Source of the DNA: Octopus vulgaris
Lineage: Eukaryota
Reading direction: 5' to 3'
NCBI GenBank assembly: GCA_951406725.2
Contig: OX597815.1
Location: 90,954,001-91,018,000 of the forward strand
Length of the DNA stretch: 64,000 nucleotides
The notes below the pieces were generated by a model. That model saw only the letters and a list, made by a program, of their open reading frames with translations. It did not search any database and was not told the origin of the DNA. This document shows positions 61,153 through 64,000 of this stretch, piece after piece (the first letter of the stretch is position 1; each line of letters opens with the position of its first letter). Both the position numbers and the translations under genes were made by a program.

Positions 61153-63849
61153 CGATATAAGAAGACAGCATATTTATATCATACTCTTGTGACATTGTAG
61201 GTTTGAAAGCTACTGCTTCTCCGGAAATATATGAAATTCGCCCCATGATATAGCTGAAATTTCTTTTTTACTAATACGCTACTACATGATGAAGATTCCT
61301 TAAATATTTCAAAGAGAAGCCTCAGGCATGTTTTATTCCACGGGAAAAATAGAACAAATTAAGAAAAGACACTAAATGAATATTTCAAAATCTGAAACAA
61401 GAATCTTTCAGTTTTTCACAAGTAGTATTGTACACTGAAAACAAACGTGAAACCATTATACCAGACATGAATGAAATGTTGTGACATTATAACCAAAACA
61501 CAATATGCACATATTTTCGCACGAATACCGCTTCAACGCCAGTGAGAAAGCCACTGTCATCGTTTAATCAGCTAGAAATATTGAACATCTCTCACTCATG
61601 TGATACTCTAACGTCTTTTAAAAAATGGCACATTGAATAATATACTCCTCGCTAAACTATTTGAAAAAGAAAAACAACGAGATTATCGCATTTAGAACAC
61701 TTTCGACCGTGGATTTATTCATGAATGAATGAATAACAATTTCAGTAAATATTCATCCAAATCAACCTCACGATACAAATGTGTGAACAAGATGAATGAG
61801 AGTGTTAGATGTTATGGACTCATTAACAAGCAGAGGATAAGAAAAGGATACCTACGAAAGAATAAAAACAAAATATTTATTTGGACTCTCAGCATACACG
61901 CACATCATACACAAAACAAAGTTTCAGTGTTTATCTTGATTTCTAACTTTATTTGAAAAATTAGTAAGAACTCGGATATTGCTCAGTATTATTGAAAATT
62001 TTAGCATCCATAATTATGTAGACGATTATATTTCCCGCGCGGTTGGGACTTTAATCTGTTATAACATCATGCAGGACCATATTATAACACTGAAACAACA
62101 TCTTTAGTAGAGAAGAGTTCAACAATATCTCGCATAAGTACATGGACGTTTTAACATTTTAAGCAAAGTTAACGAACTCGAGGAACGACATGAAAATTAA
62201 GACTTACTTCTCTTCAGGGAGTATTCAGGGAGTATAACAACAACGAAAACAAAAATAGATCACAGACCAGTTTACTGGGAAGACGGTACACAATTACTAG
62301 AGACAAAATTCACAGTCATGGATGGGGTATATTTCATGAAGAGCTTGGCGTATACAATTCAATGAAACAATATGATAGTAAACCAATAAAGACTATGTAA
62401 CTTCTATTAGAAAAGATAACAATCATTAACTGACTAGAAATGTAGACTTTGTAAACTGAGGACATTAACCTCATCATTCTTAACTGCTTGAGAACGCCCT
62501 AGAGATACTGTCTTCCCATGAAACACTATGATATATACATAGCAATCTACAATAAATTAGGAAAATAAGAATCTAACAACTAATGAAGATAAAAGCTTCG
62601 GAACTGATTGGCAAAATAAATACTGAATAAAAACTAGAAATAAAACCAACAATGAAATTAAAACGCAGCTACTTACGTTAATTTAGTCTATCGAAGAAAT
62701 GCAGATGAAATACTTGTAAAATATCTTAGGACCACCGGTGAACTGGTGAGAAGTTTACACATACAGAAACAAACATATAAGTTCGGCTTTAAGCCTATTA
62801 AAGCTAAGTACTAATACACGCACAAGAGCATAAGTTTTAGCAAAGGGTATAATCTATTCCGATATCCTCATACTTGACTGGTACTTACCTCATAGACATC
62901 AGAAGGATGAGAAACGTCAACCTCGATGGGATATGAATTTAGAATATATAAGAGCGTCGCTAAAACGTCACAATAAATTTTGTTCGTCGTGATATTGATT
63001 CTAAAACGTATTGTCTCTCTATATAGTGATTTATATTGTATGGAGAATGGTAGATAACAAGTTGGAGCTTCGGGCAAAATTCCTGATAATATTTAATTCT
63101 GGCCCTTTACGTACTGATTTCAAATCTAGCCGCAATCAAATTTGCAATTAATTTCAGAGTCAATAAAATATATAACTACTGAAGTACCACATTTTGATTT
63201 GATCGACTGTATCCATTTCAAAATGTGTGGCCTGAGACAATGCTAGATATAAATAAGCTAACGATCCGTATTCATAAGCTGAACATGAATTCACAAGGGA
63301 GTTGGCAACACAACATATGCTAAATATAATCATGATACCAGGAACAAAGGTCTTCATATATATATATCGGGTGTACAGACAATTTTGTCCAACATCCAAA
63401 CCTATCTTTTGCCTCTCTCGCTACACTTTTAATTGGTGATCCAAATTTACACCATATCTATCACTCAACCTCAATATTTGGTCTTCATTTTTGATTTAAA
63501 ATACAAAATACCCGAGCATCAAATCGTTATATGCTACACTCCTGAGGGCAAGTTAAGTTTAACATCTTCCGAACTTTATAGTGAGTGGCTGTTAGCCAAG
63601 TAACCCATTACAAGTTTTCTCAGATTCCGAATTTTCCCCTTATATTTTTAAAACAATACCTTTAGCGCTAGATAATGAAGGGCATTTTCATGGCTATTAT
63701 CGGAAACTGTATAAGCAACCCGTGGTAAAAATTTCGATAACTCAAAGAAACGGTCGTTTAATTTCGGCCGCTCACCATAGAAAATATGTCTATGTGAGTA
63801 TGTGTGTGTGTGTGTACGCACAGCATATATGTCTACATATATGGTGTAC

Positions 63850-63860
63850 CTATGTGTATG

Positions 63861-63912
<52 letters not shown>

Positions 63913-64000
63913 TGTATGTATGTATGTATGTATGTATGTATGTATGTATGTATGTATGTATGTATGTATGTGTGTATGTATGTATGTATGTATGTATGTA
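63850..64000. repeat. (TA)n and (TATG)n microsatellite
   Basis: Read directly from the sequence. Confidence 0.97.

Noticed and set aside
62050-62560. Possible ancient LINE remnant
   Set aside because: No motif could be read with confidence.

Overview
This is AT-rich, repeat-saturated eukaryotic DNA. The dense (TA)n/(ATT)n/(GATA)n microsatellites and the SINE families resemble an octopus or other coleoid cephalopod genome (inference). I find no host gene I can support, and most of the supplied ORFs are microsatellite or antisense artefacts. The window holds one nearly intact Tx1/L1-clade LINE (~16833-22595, +; ORF1 intact, ORF2 with a single frameshift) inserted in an (ATT)n tract, and a related ORF1-only (HAL1-like) element (~12937-14190, -). 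It also holds a doubly truncated Tx1 fragment, several R4/Dong-type fragments sitting in (AAT)n, a decayed Penelope-like element (Naiad-like motifs), a CR1 3' fragment, a MITE with 30-bp TIRs and an 8-bp TSD, two long hairpins and many tRNA-derived SINEs. The best lead is a three-tier retrotransposon system. The Tx1 LINE, the ORF1-only element and a SINE variant share a ~50-nt 3' terminus. That SINE variant occurs here only as head-to-tail multimers, whose 7 internal junctions fall at just two positions (TRGC|RGWAW) in the SINE's own tRNA-derived head.
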